This document shows, in pieces, positions 1-10,057 of a stretch of 64,000 nucleotides of DNA. A model generated the notes under the pieces. That model saw nothing but the letters and a program-made list of their open reading frames with translations, was not told the DNA's origin and searched no databases. The first letter of the stretch is position 1, and every line of letters starts with the position of its first letter. Source of the DNA: Gammaproteobacteria bacterium (GTDB lineage Bacteria; Pseudomonadota; Gammaproteobacteria; Eutrophobiales; Eutrophobiaceae); the NCBI GenBank assembly GCA_965116495.1, contig OZ220696.1, positions 3,232,001 to 3,296,000 on the forward strand. The letters are read 5' to 3'. Both the position numbers and the translations under genes were made by a program.

Positions 1-1634
1 TTGAATATGCCGGGGCTGGTGCCTTCGGCATAGCTGGCGAACAGCATCATGCTGTCGGTCGGCTTCCACTGGAGGATGAAACGGGGATTGAGGCTCTTGA
101 AGGTGTCATTCAACTCTTCCTTGGGAAACGACCTGTCGGCCGTGGTCCTGCCTTCGGTGATGTCATCTTCCTGGTAGCGCAGTTCTGCATTCAGCGTCAA
201 TTGATCGGTGACGTCGAAGGCCAGGGAGCCGAACACTGCGATGGTCTCGGGTTCGTAGTTGAACAAGGGGACGCTGGTGATGGATGAAGGATTGGGCTGG
301 AAGCCGGCCAGCCGGCTGAAGGTCATCAGCAATTGCTCGCGGTCGGAATAGGTGCCGCCGACCATCCAGCGTATGCGCTGGTCATCCGCTGAGGCTACCC
401 GCACTTCCGCGTGGAAATCCTCCAGGTGCGTGGTGAGCATCTGGTACGCATTGGCGTCGCAGAGGAAACCGCCCGCGGCGGAACCATTGGGGCAGGTGCC
501 GAAAATATTTCCTTCCAGTCCCCTGGTGGCGCGCCCGTCCACATCGCTGAGGCTGGCGTATTCGTCCTCGTGCCTGGCGATGATCGAGTGGAATGACATA
601 CCGTTGTCAAATTCGTAGTCCAGGATCGCGGTCAATTCGTGTGCGTTGCGTTCCAGGCCGAAGCGGTCGGGAAGCTGGTCCACGATAAGATTGTCCTGGA
701 CGATGGCCCTGTCAAAATCACCTCTTACCACGTCGTCATAAACACTGTCTTTTGCCAGTTCACCGGGATAGGGGAGCCTGCCACAGGTCCAGTCCCTTGG
801 TCCCGGTCTGCAGTTTAATGCGTCCGGGTTATTATCAGGACCGTAGGCGACTGAAGCGCTGGGTCCGTCGCTGTCCTCCCAGAAATGCGCCCGCAGCTTC
901 AGACTCAGCTTATCGTTCGGCGTGATGTACAGGGTGCCGGCGAAATCATCGGTGTCCCGCGAACCGAGCTTCTGGCCCGGGATGGCCGCATTCTTGAACT
1001 CACCATCCTTGGAGTAAGTGCTTGCGCTGAAGCGAAATGCTACCTTGTCCGGGATGACCGGCCCTTCCATCTGTGCCCGGAAGCGGTACATGTCGAAGCG
1101 GCCGCCTTCGGCGGAAAACTGCCCGTGCCATTCATTCCCGGGCGTCTTGGTCACCGCGTTGATGGCGCCGGAAAATGTTGAACGGCCGAAATAAGCGCTT
1201 TGCGGTCCCTTGATGACCTCAATACGTTCATAGTTTTCGGTGGCGCCGAGTTCGGAACCCAGGGTCGGGGCGCCGTCGATGAACAGGGTTGCGCTTTGCC
1301 GCGTCTGTATATCGGTACGCGGGTTCATCCCGCGGAACAGCAGGCGCCGGTGCGCACGCGCGCCGCTGCCCACCGATTGCTCTGCATAGTAGAAGCCGGG
1401 ACTGAACGCGACGATATCAACCAGGTGGTTTAATGCCATCGTCTCGATCTTGTCAGCGCTGAAAGCAGAGATCGACAACGGCACGTCCAGCAAGGATTCC
1501 TCCCGTTTACGGGCGGTGACGGTAATCTCTTCGAGCGCCAGCCCGTCCTGGGCATTGATTACGGGAACCTGGAAGACTGTTACGAGAACGCCAGCCATCA
1601 GAATTGTAGAGATCTTTGAAAAATTATCAGACAT
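1..1634 (-). CDS. TonB-dependent receptor, 3' end runs off the window
   Basis: Not in the ORF track because it is open-ended. ATG at 1634 with AGGGGG RBS; translates MSDNFSKISTILMAGVLVTVFQVPVINAQDGLALEEITVTARKREESLLDVPLSISAFSA (signal peptide, TonB box, plug start); later VIKGPQSAYFGRSTFSGAINAVT plug motif. Confidence 0.9.
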   Translation of the reverse strand, partial: MSDNFSKISTILMAGVLVTVFQVPVINAQDGLALEEITVTARKREESLLDVPLSISAFSADKIETMALNHLVDIVAFSPGFYYAEQSVGSGARAHRRLLFRGMNPRTDIQTRQSATLFIDGAPTLGSELGATENYERIEVIKGPQSAYFGRSTFSGAINAVTKTPGNEWHGQFSAEGGRFDMYRFRAQMEGPVIPDKVAFRFSASTYSKDGEFKNAAIPGQKLGSRDTDDFAGTLYITPNDKLSLKLRAHFWEDSDGPSASVAYGPDNNPDALNCRPGPRDWTCGRLPYPGELAKDSVYDDVVRGDFDRAIVQDNLIVDQLPDRFGLERNAHELTAILDYEFDNGMSFHSIIARHEDEYASLSDVDGRATRGLEGNIFGTCPNGSAAGGFLCDANAYQMLTTHLEDFHAEVRVASADDQRIRWMVGGTYSDREQLLMTFSRLAGFQPNPSSITSVPLFNYEPETIAVFGSLAFDVTDQLTLNAELRYQEDDITEGRTTADRSFPKEELNDTFKSLNPRFILQWKPTDSMMLFASYAEGTSPGIF

Positions 1635-1753
1635 GATTGGTATTCCCCCTTCAGTCTTCTTCTAACACAAGAAAACGTAGCAGGTATTTATCATTTTATC
1701 AACAAATTTCATATACATATTGACATTATTCACGGATATGAATATTTGCCACT

Positions 1754-2377
1754 CTATTCCAGCGTGGAAAGGTACGCGGCAACGTCATTAATCTGCTCGT
1801 TGGTAGCAAGCAGATGCGCCATGCTGCGCATCTGCGCGCCGTATATATCCCGCGCGTGGGTCCCCCTGATCCCGGCTTTGAAATTGTTCATCTGCCGTAT
1901 GAAATACCAGTCGTGCTGCCTGGACAGGCGCGGGGCATTAAGCATTTTATTGCCTTCCCCGCTTGCGCCATGACAGGCTGCACACAGCAAATAGGCAGAC
2001 CTGCCCGCTTCGATATTTCCCTCAACCGTCCTGGGGGGCATCGGCGCCGGCAGGGTTGCAATATAGGCGGCGACATCTTCAATTGCCTGGTCGTCCGGCA
2101 GGACCAGCGTCGACAGCCTCATTTGCGCGCCGTGGATATCGTCCGGATGGGACCCGCGCATGCCGTCACGGAAGTTTTTCAACTGGCGGCTGATATACCA
2201 GGCGCTCTGTCCCGCGCTGACCGGGGCATTGAGCGCCTGGATGCCTTCACCACCCATGCCATGACAGGCGATGCAGGTTTGAAAGTGTTGCCTGCCCCGT
2301 TCCAGGTCCGCTTCTGCGTATGCCGTTGCCAGGTGCAGACAACTGGTGATAAGTATCGCGGTTAATAGTTTTTTCAT
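1754..2377 (-). CDS. Periplasmic di-haem c-type cytochrome (c4/c553-like)
   Basis: Signal peptide; two CxxCH motifs (CIACH, CAACH) in duplicated halves, each followed by a GAQMR distal-Met motif. Confidence 0.9.
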   Translation of the reverse strand: MKKLLTAILITSCLHLATAYAEADLERGRQHFQTCIACHGMGGEGIQALNAPVSAGQSAWYISRQLKNFRDGMRGSHPDDIHGAQMRLSTLVLPDDQAIEDVAAYIATLPAPMPPRTVEGNIEAGRSAYLLCAACHGASGEGNKMLNAPRLSRQHDWYFIRQMNNFKAGIRGTHARDIYGAQMRSMAHLLATNEQINDVAAYLSTLE

Positions 2378-2422
2378 ATCTGGAGTTATATTTTTATTAC
2401 GGTCGAAATATTCGGTAAACAG

Positions 2423-3847
2423 TTACCCGGACCTCCGCGCTATGGCGTCGAGCTTTTCCTCGGTCAAGTCATAGGCGGCGATAAAAACGGAACTTAAGGC
2501 GATAAGCCCGGCCGGAATGAGTGCGAAGCAGAGGTAGATCCCAAAAATAGCGCTGTCCGGCTGGACCACGTCCTGGCCGCCGGTTGACGAGATATAACCC
2601 GTGGCGCTCAGGACCGCCCCCGTGATGGCCACGCCGATAGCGATGGCAAATTTTTCAATGGTCGTATAGACGCCGGCAAACAGCCCTTCCCGAGTCAGAC
2701 CCGTGCGACGGTGGTCGTACTCGGTCACATCCGGCAGCATCGACTGGCTAGCGAGCAGCACGGCGCCGGCGGTGACGCCGATAATCACCACCCGGAGGAA
2801 GAAGAAGGCAGGGTGTTCCGCTGCATCGGCCAGCATCCAGGTGGCTGAAACCACGGCATAGACCAGGGCCGTGTAGATATATGTTCGCCGCTTGCCGATC
2901 AGTTTGATGACTTTCAACCAGAACGGCTGGGAGATTAACAGGGCGGTGCCGTAGAAGAGAAAATACAGGCCCAGCCAGCGGTCCGACAAATCCAGCACGC
3001 GGCTGGTGAAGAAAGCAATGGTGCCCGTGTTCAGGGCAACGGTCATCAGCACGCAGGTCTTGGCCAGCAGGAGCATCATGAAAGGCCTGTTGGCGAGCGC
3101 CGATTTCACCCTTTCCCTGAACGGGTACCTGATTTTTGTCTGGAAAGAGCGGAACGGCGCCTTCCACGTCATCCAGAAGCAACTCAGCATGGTGACCAGG
3201 ACCAGCGATCCCAGGAACCACGACATCACTTCATGGCCGTGCCGCCCCCCGCCGTAGGCGACGATGATCATGGGACCCAGGAACCCGCCGAGGATATTTC
3301 CGATACCGATTGCCCCGGCCCGGTAGGAAAACAACTGTGAACGTTCCTGGTAGCTGCGCGTCATCTCTACCGGCATGGCCAGGTGGGCGACGTTAAAGAG
3401 CGTGTAGGCGGTGGCAAACAGGATCAGCAAGGCGCCCATGTAGAAAACCACCATCCGCTCCGAATCGAAAGCCGGCACGGAGAACAACAGGACAAACGTC
3501 AGCGCGCACAGTAATGCTCCCGCCAGAAGATAGGGCCGGCGCCGCCCCCAGCGGCTTTTTGTCCGGTCGCTGATGATCCCCATCACCGGGTCGGTCACCG
3601 CGTCATAAATCTTTGATACGGCAAACAGTAATGCCGCGGTACCCGCCGCGACGCCCAGGTGGTCGGTCATGAACCTCAGGATGAGGGACTTCGAAAACAG
3701 GAATATGGTGGTGCCGACACCGCCCAGGCCCCATCCCAGGCGCACCACCAACGGCAACCCCCCGGCGGGAGCTGTCACTGCAGCGTCGGGGCCGGCCTCT
3801 TGTTCCGGCGTACCGGGAGCATCAGGTTTCAGGGTGTTTTCTCCCAC
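2423..3847 (-). CDS. MFS transporter, glycoside-pentoside-hexuronide (MelB-like) family
   Basis: DAVTDPVMGIISDRTKSRWGRRRPY signature; about 12 hydrophobic segments; REGLFAG motif. Confidence 0.88.
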   Translation of the reverse strand: MGENTLKPDAPGTPEQEAGPDAAVTAPAGGLPLVVRLGWGLGGVGTTIFLFSKSLILRFMTDHLGVAAGTAALLFAVSKIYDAVTDPVMGIISDRTKSRWGRRRPYLLAGALLCALTFVLLFSVPAFDSERMVVFYMGALLILFATAYTLFNVAHLAMPVEMTRSYQERSQLFSYRAGAIGIGNILGGFLGPMIIVAYGGGRHGHEVMSWFLGSLVLVTMLSCFWMTWKAPFRSFQTKIRYPFRERVKSALANRPFMMLLLAKTCVLMTVALNTGTIAFFTSRVLDLSDRWLGLYFLFYGTALLISQPFWLKVIKLIGKRRTYIYTALVYAVVSATWMLADAAEHPAFFFLRVVIIGVTAGAVLLASQSMLPDVTEYDHRRTGLTREGLFAGVYTTIEKFAIAIGVAITGAVLSATGYISSTGGQDVVQPDSAIFGIYLCFALIPAGLIALSSVFIAAYDLTEEKLDAIARRSG

Positions 3848-3862
3848 GACGTAGCGCCGTCG

Positions 3863-5005
3863 TTATTTCAGCAGGTCGCGGGCGACCATGCTGCGCATCG
3901 CTTCGGATGGTCCCTCGTAGATGCGCATGGGCCGGACGTCCCGGTAGCACAGCTCCAGGATCGTTTCGTCGGAGAGTCCCGCGGCGCCGTGAATCTGCAG
4001 GGCGCGATCGACTACGCGGCCTGCCATCTCCGTCGCGTATACCTTGATCATGGCGGTCTGGCGGTGCACCTCCTCTCCCTGCGCGGCGCGCCAGGCGGCA
4101 TCGTGGACCATCAGGCGGGCGGCATGCAGTTCCGTCGCCGAATCGGCGATCATCCACTGGATGGCCTGGCGGCTTGACAGGGGTTTGCCGAAGGTGTGAC
4201 GCTGCCGGGCGTAGTCGACGGCCAGCTCCAGGCAACGGCCGGCAATTCCCAGGGCGCGCGCCGCGATCTCCATGCGTCCGGCATAGAGAAACGCCGCGCT
4301 TGCCCCCCAGCCCCGGCCGGGCGCGCCGACCAGTTGTTCGTCCGGTATTGCGCAATTATCAAGAAAAACCTCGTAGGTGGACAGTCCGTGAATCATTTTC
4401 TGTTCGCGCCCGATGCTGAGGCCCGGGGTTCCCTTGTCTACAACGATCCAGGTCATCCCGTCGTGGCGGCTGGTGCCTTTAAGCCGAGCCAGCACCAGGA
4501 TGAAGTCGGCGTCCCTGGCAAATGATATCCAGCATTTATTGCCGTTAACCGTCCAGCCGTCGGACGTTTGCTCCAGGGTGGTTTTAATGCCGGCCAGATC
4601 ACCGGCGGCTTGGGGTTCGCTGAATGCGGTGGCCGCCTGTAGTTCCCCGCTGATAAACGGCAACAGGTATTTTTCCTTTTGCGCCAGCGTGCCCAGTTCG
4701 TACAGCACCGGGGAGAAGCGCGGCGCAAAGACGCTGCGGCCGGCAGTGCAGCGGTAAACTTCTTCGATAACCACACAGCCGTCAAGCTGTCCGAGGCCCG
4801 CACCGCCGGCATCTTCAGGCGCACCCCATGCCCACAATCCAAGCGCCTTGACCTTATCTGAAAGCTCAAGGTAAACATCCCCGGGAAGTTCGAAAGCATT
4901 ACGCCGGTCCGGTAATTTTTTTTCCAGCGGCATGAGTTCCTTGTCCACAAAACGGCGCACGGTGTCCTTCAGCATCCGGGTTTCCAGGGGCAGATCGAAG
5001 TTCAT
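3863..5005 (-). CDS. Acyl-CoA dehydrogenase family protein
   Basis: FSEPQAAGD, NGNKCWIS, RHTFGKPL, QIHGAAG and IYEGPSE motifs; start set at ATG 5005 (MNFDLP), just downstream of the UbiD stop. Confidence 0.92.
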   Translation of the reverse strand: MNFDLPLETRMLKDTVRRFVDKELMPLEKKLPDRRNAFELPGDVYLELSDKVKALGLWAWGAPEDAGGAGLGQLDGCVVIEEVYRCTAGRSVFAPRFSPVLYELGTLAQKEKYLLPFISGELQAATAFSEPQAAGDLAGIKTTLEQTSDGWTVNGNKCWISFARDADFILVLARLKGTSRHDGMTWIVVDKGTPGLSIGREQKMIHGLSTYEVFLDNCAIPDEQLVGAPGRGWGASAAFLYAGRMEIAARALGIAGRCLELAVDYARQRHTFGKPLSSRQAIQWMIADSATELHAARLMVHDAAWRAAQGEEVHRQTAMIKVYATEMAGRVVDRALQIHGAAGLSDETILELCYRDVRPMRIYEGPSEAMRSMVARDLLK

Positions 5006-5013
5006 ATTATCCA

Positions 5014-6528
5014 CTACAGGCTTTGTTTCCACTGTTTCAGGAGTTCATGCCATTTTTCGTCCGTGCGTTGAAAAACGTCCGGCTGGTCCATCACCAGACA
5101 CTCACGATTCATCATCGCGTATTCTTCCGGGCCTCCTTCCTCGGGCAGTTGCCGTGTGGCGTCGATGACAATCCTGCTACCGACACCGCGTTTGGGCGCG
5201 CTCGGGTCGCCCGACATACCGGGCGCCTCATCAATGATTTCCGTTGCGGGAGCGGGTTGCCAGCGCGCCCCTACCGTATGTAAAACCTCAGTGAGGTTGT
5301 GAATGTCTACGTCTTTATCGACGACAACCGTTATTTTGGATATTTTCATGAGTTTTGATACATGGCGGCCGACAGCAAGGCCCTCGCCGGGGGCTTGCTT
5401 GTCTATACTCACAAAACAAAATCCCGGGATATGCAGGGCAAGGTGTAACCCCTCCAGGTTGGGGAAAGATTTTTTTAACCTGTATTTCAGACTCACTTCC
5501 AGGGGACCGGTCATGAAATGGCGGTTCACACCGGTAAACTGGTTGACGAACAGGGGATCCCGGCGGTGTGTCACGGCCGTAATGTTCATATAGAAATTTT
5601 CCGGCTTGTGCCGGCCGATGTAGCCGTACATTTCACCGAACGGGCCTTCCGGTTCCATATCAAAGGGTATTTCTCCTTCAATCACCATCTCTGCGTTGGC
5701 TGGGACCATCAAATCGCTGTTCTCGCATTTAACAACTTCGACCGGCCTGCCCATGATGCCACCTGCGATGGCAAGCTCATCCTGTCCCAGTCCTGCTGCT
5801 TTCGAACTGGCGATCGTATAAACAACAGGATCCGCGCCCAGTACAACGGCTGCCCTGGCATACGGTTCTCCCCGCTCTTTCATGTCCATGAGAAATGTCC
5901 AGCCGTGTTGATTGCGTTCCGGGTTTATCCCAAGCTTTCCCGGTCCTTTGACCTGGCAGCGGTAGGTTCCGACGTTGCGTCCATGTAGCGGGTCTTCGAG
6001 CACTACGTTGCCGGTATTGATATAGCGCCCGTTATCCGCAGGATTGGTCTGCAGAAACGGGAACCCCGTAATGCCGACATCTGTGCCGGTCAGCCTGACT
6101 TCCTTGCACGGCGCCTGATCCCTTGTGATTTCAACGGGCGCGATGGTTTTCCACTCGCCGTCGTCCCCGAAAAGTCCGGCGAGTTTCGCCAGGGTAGCGC
6201 GATAGACTTCCCGTTGGCTGAGACCTTCCGGTTCAACGCCAAAAGCCAGCGCATCGAACTCCCAACGGCCGAATTGATTCGCGACTACGGGGTTGTCCAT
6301 CCAGCGGTCGTCGATTTTGATGCGGTCAAAGATTACCACGGGTCCGCCCAGCCAGCCGAATTCATCGATCAGCCGATACATGAAACCGGTTGCTTCATAC
6401 GCATCCTGGTCAACTTCGTCGAGATGGCGTACGTAGCCGCGAGCCTCCAGAGCCTGGATGTATTCCCGCAGTGAGTCGAACGGTCCGACAAGCCTGGGGC
6501 TCGTTGATCTATTTACCAATCCGTTCAT
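5014..6528 (-). CDS. UbiD family (prenyl-FMN-dependent) decarboxylase
   Basis: DSLREYIQALE, RNVGTYR, VPANAEMVIEG, EGPFGE, VVVDKDVDI and IVIDAT motifs. Confidence 0.92.
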   Translation of the reverse strand: MNGLVNRSTSPRLVGPFDSLREYIQALEARGYVRHLDEVDQDAYEATGFMYRLIDEFGWLGGPVVIFDRIKIDDRWMDNPVVANQFGRWEFDALAFGVEPEGLSQREVYRATLAKLAGLFGDDGEWKTIAPVEITRDQAPCKEVRLTGTDVGITGFPFLQTNPADNGRYINTGNVVLEDPLHGRNVGTYRCQVKGPGKLGINPERNQHGWTFLMDMKERGEPYARAAVVLGADPVVYTIASSKAAGLGQDELAIAGGIMGRPVEVVKCENSDLMVPANAEMVIEGEIPFDMEPEGPFGEMYGYIGRHKPENFYMNITAVTHRRDPLFVNQFTGVNRHFMTGPLEVSLKYRLKKSFPNLEGLHLALHIPGFCFVSIDKQAPGEGLAVGRHVSKLMKISKITVVVDKDVDIHNLTEVLHTVGARWQPAPATEIIDEAPGMSGDPSAPKRGVGSRIVIDATRQLPEEGGPEEYAMMNRECLVMDQPDVFQRTDEKWHELLKQWKQSL

Positions 6529-6616
6529 ATTTTACTCCTGCCACGCGCTGAATTTCATCTTGCTGCTGCTCTGACTCGACACTGAAACATTCGCCATAAG
6601 CTTGCAGGCTCAAAGC

Positions 6617-7288
6617 CTAAAAGGGTTTCATTTCACCTATCAGGGCTATCAACATTACCAGTACCCAAATCGAAAACGCCGCCCGGTCTGTCATTGCCTG
6701 GATTTCTTTCATCAGGCGTTCTCCCCGTACCCGTTCTTCGCCTCCTGCCCTGACCAATTCAAATGCTCCCTGCCAGCGAACGATGATCGTTCGAATCCAG
6801 ATCCCGTTCAGGATGACAACACCGTACAGTATTATTTTTGTTGCGAGCCAGTGGGCGGATATCGGGCTGCCTGCATACAGGCAGTAGCTCCCGAAACCAA
6901 TCATGACTGCAGCGACAGCGTAACGCAGCAGGATATCAACCTGTCTTAATCGGTTACCGAGCGTTGTCCCCCGTTGCAGGTGGATTGTCCACACGAGTAC
7001 TAACCAGGCCAGGTCTGCAAACCAGAATAACACCAGCCAGGGTCCGGTAACTGGCGAGTTGTACGGCACGGCCAGGGTAAAACCGACAGCCAGCAGCAAT
7101 ACCAGGCTGGTGCGCGCCGACATGTCAACTATCAAGCGTATATCTCGAACGCGGAGTCGCTCATCAAGACCGAGATCATCCCGTACCAGATATTTGCCGA
7201 TGTAATACACTGCAATGTCTCCCCCGATTGCGTACACAAAGAGGGCAACATGGATAAAGGTCATAAAACTGTGAAAGTCAAAATGCAC
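6617..7288 (-). CDS. Integral membrane protein of unknown function
   Basis: Multiple TM segments with a His in TM1 (FIHV); co-oriented within the operon. Confidence 0.7.
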   Translation of the reverse strand: MHFDFHSFMTFIHVALFVYAIGGDIAVYYIGKYLVRDDLGLDERLRVRDIRLIVDMSARTSLVLLLAVGFTLAVPYNSPVTGPWLVLFWFADLAWLVLVWTIHLQRGTTLGNRLRQVDILLRYAVAAVMIGFGSYCLYAGSPISAHWLATKIILYGVVILNGIWIRTIIVRWQGAFELVRAGGEERVRGERLMKEIQAMTDRAAFSIWVLVMLIALIGEMKPF

Positions 7289-7345
7289 GTTGATGTTTCC
7301 CGGTTCTTAGCAACAAGTGAACATATGGTTATGGGGGCGGCGGGG

Positions 7346-8134
7346 TTATGGGTCAGACTTCACGAAGTCGAGCATTGCATTGACCCAGCGCCGTGGCTCA
7401 TCATAGATGATATACACACAGCCGCCATCCAGTTCCCTGAACAAGAAGTCCGGTCTTAACTCTTTAAGTTGTTCGGTAATGTAATGAATTGCATCACCGG
7501 TATTGGAAAGTACCAGGACCGGCACATCAATTGCCTTGAGCGCGCGTGTCATATCGTAGCGAAATGCGGCCTGGTGGCAATACCATTCAGTTTCACCGGT
7601 CCAGAATGTGTGGATTGTGTTCATCTGGCATGCCCCCAGGCTGGCCACTCCGCCCACGCGACTCTGGATCCAGTTCCAGCGGTCCATCAGATGCGACCCG
7701 TCGGACTTCAGTGTCGTATCTACATGTAAACGCGCCAGGCGTTCTTCCCTTTCCTCGTCGCTGTACCAGGGTACGCCATGCAATACCAGACGCCTGACCC
7801 GGTCGCGGTAGGCAGTGGCAAATTCACAGGCCTGGGATGCGCCTGTGTGGTGGCCGGCCACGACTGCTTTATCAATTCCCAAATGATCAAGCACGTAGGG
7901 CAGTACGCCGGCATATTGCTCTATGGTTGGCGGCGAACCGGGTGTGTCTGACATGCCGTAACCCGGTGTATCGGGAGCGATTACCTGGAGGCCGGCGTCG
8001 GTCAGGACAGGAAAAACATGCCGGAACTGCAGTGAGGACTGGGGTGTCTGGTGTAACAGAAGCAGCGGCAATCCCTCACCTCCGGTACGAAAGTGAACCT
8101 GACCCATGGGGGTATTGACGTAGGCTTTACGCAT
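7346..8134 (-). CDS. Alpha/beta fold hydrolase with atypical nucleophile elbow (GHHTG)
   Basis: LLLHQTP, APDTPGYGMSD, AGHHTGA and IDVPVLVL motifs; AGGA-free but GGAG upstream of ATG. Confidence 0.85.
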   Translation of the reverse strand: MRKAYVNTPMGQVHFRTGGEGLPLLLLHQTPQSSLQFRHVFPVLTDAGLQVIAPDTPGYGMSDTPGSPPTIEQYAGVLPYVLDHLGIDKAVVAGHHTGASQACEFATAYRDRVRRLVLHGVPWYSDEEREERLARLHVDTTLKSDGSHLMDRWNWIQSRVGGVASLGACQMNTIHTFWTGETEWYCHQAAFRYDMTRALKAIDVPVLVLSNTGDAIHYITEQLKELRPDFLFRELDGGCVYIIYDEPRRWVNAMLDFVKSDP

Positions 8135-8230
8135 CAGGACTCCGTAGTCGCTACTTCAACGGCATAATCACCAGATTTCCCCGGCAAAAATAATTTACGT
8201 CTGTGGGGATTACTGTACAGTAGTTCTTAT

Positions 8231-8269
8231 TTATCAAGTGATAATTAAATTGTCAATATTTTTTTGACA
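8231..8269. promoter_or_regulatory. Candidate operator palindromes in a divergent promoter region
   Basis: TTATCA-N2-TGATAA (8231-8244) and TGTCAA-N7-TTGACA (8251-8269) in the AT-rich gap between the divergent hydrolase operon and the MFS gene. Confidence 0.35.
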
Positions 8270-8469
8270 TTCCTGCGCAAAAACCGCCACTACGATAATG
8301 GAGTTCCCGGATGAGGGTTTTGAATAGCTCAGCCGGCAGGGATGTTTGGCGCGGGAGAAATCATACAGGCTTTTCAGGGCATAAGGTGGTATCGTACCGG
8401 GACCGTCGGCAGCAGGCCCGGGTCAAAAAATCGCGATAAAACCAATAACTGAAAACGCGCAGGCTCTTC

Positions 8470-9678
8470 ATGAAAATCATCTGGCTGGTTAATTTCGCCA
8501 TCCTTTTTGCCTTCATCAAGGTATTTGAAATACCTTCGATGATCCCGATCTTTGTCGATGAACTGCAAATCAGTTATGCGCAGGCGGGTCTGTTCATGAC
8601 GGCGTACACCATTATCAGGTGCCTGGCGAGTTTGCCTGCCGGCTCTGTGACTGACAGGTGGGGAGCTGTGCCTGTTATCTCCGTTTGCCTGCTTGGTGTC
8701 GGTGTTCTGGGTACACTAGGAACTTTCGGCAACAACTACCATGTCCTGCTGGTGCTGAGGGTACTGGTTTCCATCGGTATCGCCGTCATATTCATTGCCG
8801 CTGTCGACGCCATTCCCAAGTACATGCCGTCTGAGAATGTCGGCAAGGGTATCGGCTACATAAACGGTTCGCTGAGCGTCGGGATCGCACTGGCAATGTT
8901 TATGACGCCGATACTGTCTGATTTGCTGGGCTGGCGCTGGACGGCGCGCATGTACTCGGTCTCGTTTCTGCTCCTTTTTGTGGTTTCCATCCCATTATTG
9001 AAAAATCCGCCGAAGACAAGCGGGCCGGATAAACCCGGGGCCGGTGAAGCGTCCATCACCATTGCCGGTTTATTGCGTAATCCCTGCGTCATGCTCCTGG
9101 CATTCGGCGCCTGCATCCTGTTTGTCGAACTCTACGGTGTTCTTACCTGGGTTCCGGTATTTCTGGGCGAGGTTTACTCGTATTCACCCGCACAAATCGG
9201 CGCCAGCGCCACCATGTTCGGCATAGCGGCAATCCCGGCATCCATAATTACCGGCATCCTGTGCACAAACCTGCGCCGCATAGTCCTGTTATGTGTCTCG
9301 GGGGGTATTCTGGCCGGCGCCGGCATTATGGTTCTACTGCTTGCATCGTCCCTGCCGTTATGGCTGACTGTTGCCGTGGTCACCCTGATCACCTGGGGAC
9401 ACTCGCAGGTCATCGTAACCATTATGAGTATCGCCGCGATAATCGTACCGTCACATAGTTCCGGGAAAGCCCTGGGTGTGATATTTACGCTCGGCTACGC
9501 CGGCTCAATCCTGGGGAGCTATTCAGGCGGTTACCTGCTGGAAAAAACGGGACAATACGACCTGTCATTTATTGTCTTTTCCGCATCTGCCCTTATCAGT
9601 ATTATTGCAATGCTGGCCGTCAGCAGAATATTACATAAGGCTCCGCCGGCGCATTTCAAACTGAAGATGAGTTCGTAG
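8470..9678 (+). CDS. MFS transporter
   Basis: GSVTDRWG motif A; about 12 TM segments. Confidence 0.87.
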   Translation: MKIIWLVNFAILFAFIKVFEIPSMIPIFVDELQISYAQAGLFMTAYTIIRCLASLPAGSVTDRWGAVPVISVCLLGVGVLGTLGTFGNNYHVLLVLRVLVSIGIAVIFIAAVDAIPKYMPSENVGKGIGYINGSLSVGIALAMFMTPILSDLLGWRWTARMYSVSFLLLFVVSIPLLKNPPKTSGPDKPGAGEASITIAGLLRNPCVMLLAFGACILFVELYGVLTWVPVFLGEVYSYSPAQIGASATMFGIAAIPASIITGILCTNLRRIVLLCVSGGILAGAGIMVLLLASSLPLWLTVAVVTLITWGHSQVIVTIMSIAAIIVPSHSSGKALGVIFTLGYAGSILGSYSGGYLLEKTGQYDLSFIVFSASALISIIAMLAVSRILHKAPPAHFKLKMSS

Positions 9679-9702
9679 GGAGTCTGCCCCCGGACTTTAG
9701 TG

Positions 9703-9731
9703 ATAATGTACAGAAAAGTGCTGTACATTAT
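9703..9731. promoter_or_regulatory. Inverted-repeat operator upstream of the GNAT TA operon
   Basis: Perfect 11-bp inverted repeat ATAATGTACAG-N7-CTGTACATTAT about 60 bp upstream of the RHH antitoxin; TA operons are typically autorepressed at such sites. Confidence 0.6.
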
Positions 9732-9787
9732 AGCCAATGCTGATATCCTTGACAGTAAGTTAATATATTCAGTAGAGCAGCTAAATC

Positions 9788-10057
9788 ATGGCAACATCAC
9801 GTATAGATATGAGAGTCGATGAGAGCATCAAGGCGGCTGCAGAAAAAGCAGCAGCGCTTGAGGGTGTGAAGAGTCTGACGGAATATGTTGTTCGACTGAT
9901 CGAGAAGGATTCACAACGGGTAATCAAAGAACATGAATCGGTCACACTCAAGGATGATGTATTTGATCGATTTATCCGGGCCTGTGATGCAGCGCAAGCG
10001 CCTCATCAAAAACTGCGGGCGGCCAGGGAGCTTGCCAGGCAGAAGAATATTCGGTGA
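9788..10057 (+). CDS. DUF1778 (RHH) antitoxin, AtaR/TacA-like
   Basis: RIDMRV...AEKAAAL...SLTEYV...LKDDVFDRF pattern; overlaps the GNAT gene. Confidence 0.9.
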   Translation: MATSRIDMRVDESIKAAAEKAAALEGVKSLTEYVVRLIEKDSQRVIKEHESVTLKDDVFDRFIRACDAAQAPHQKLRAARELARQKNIR

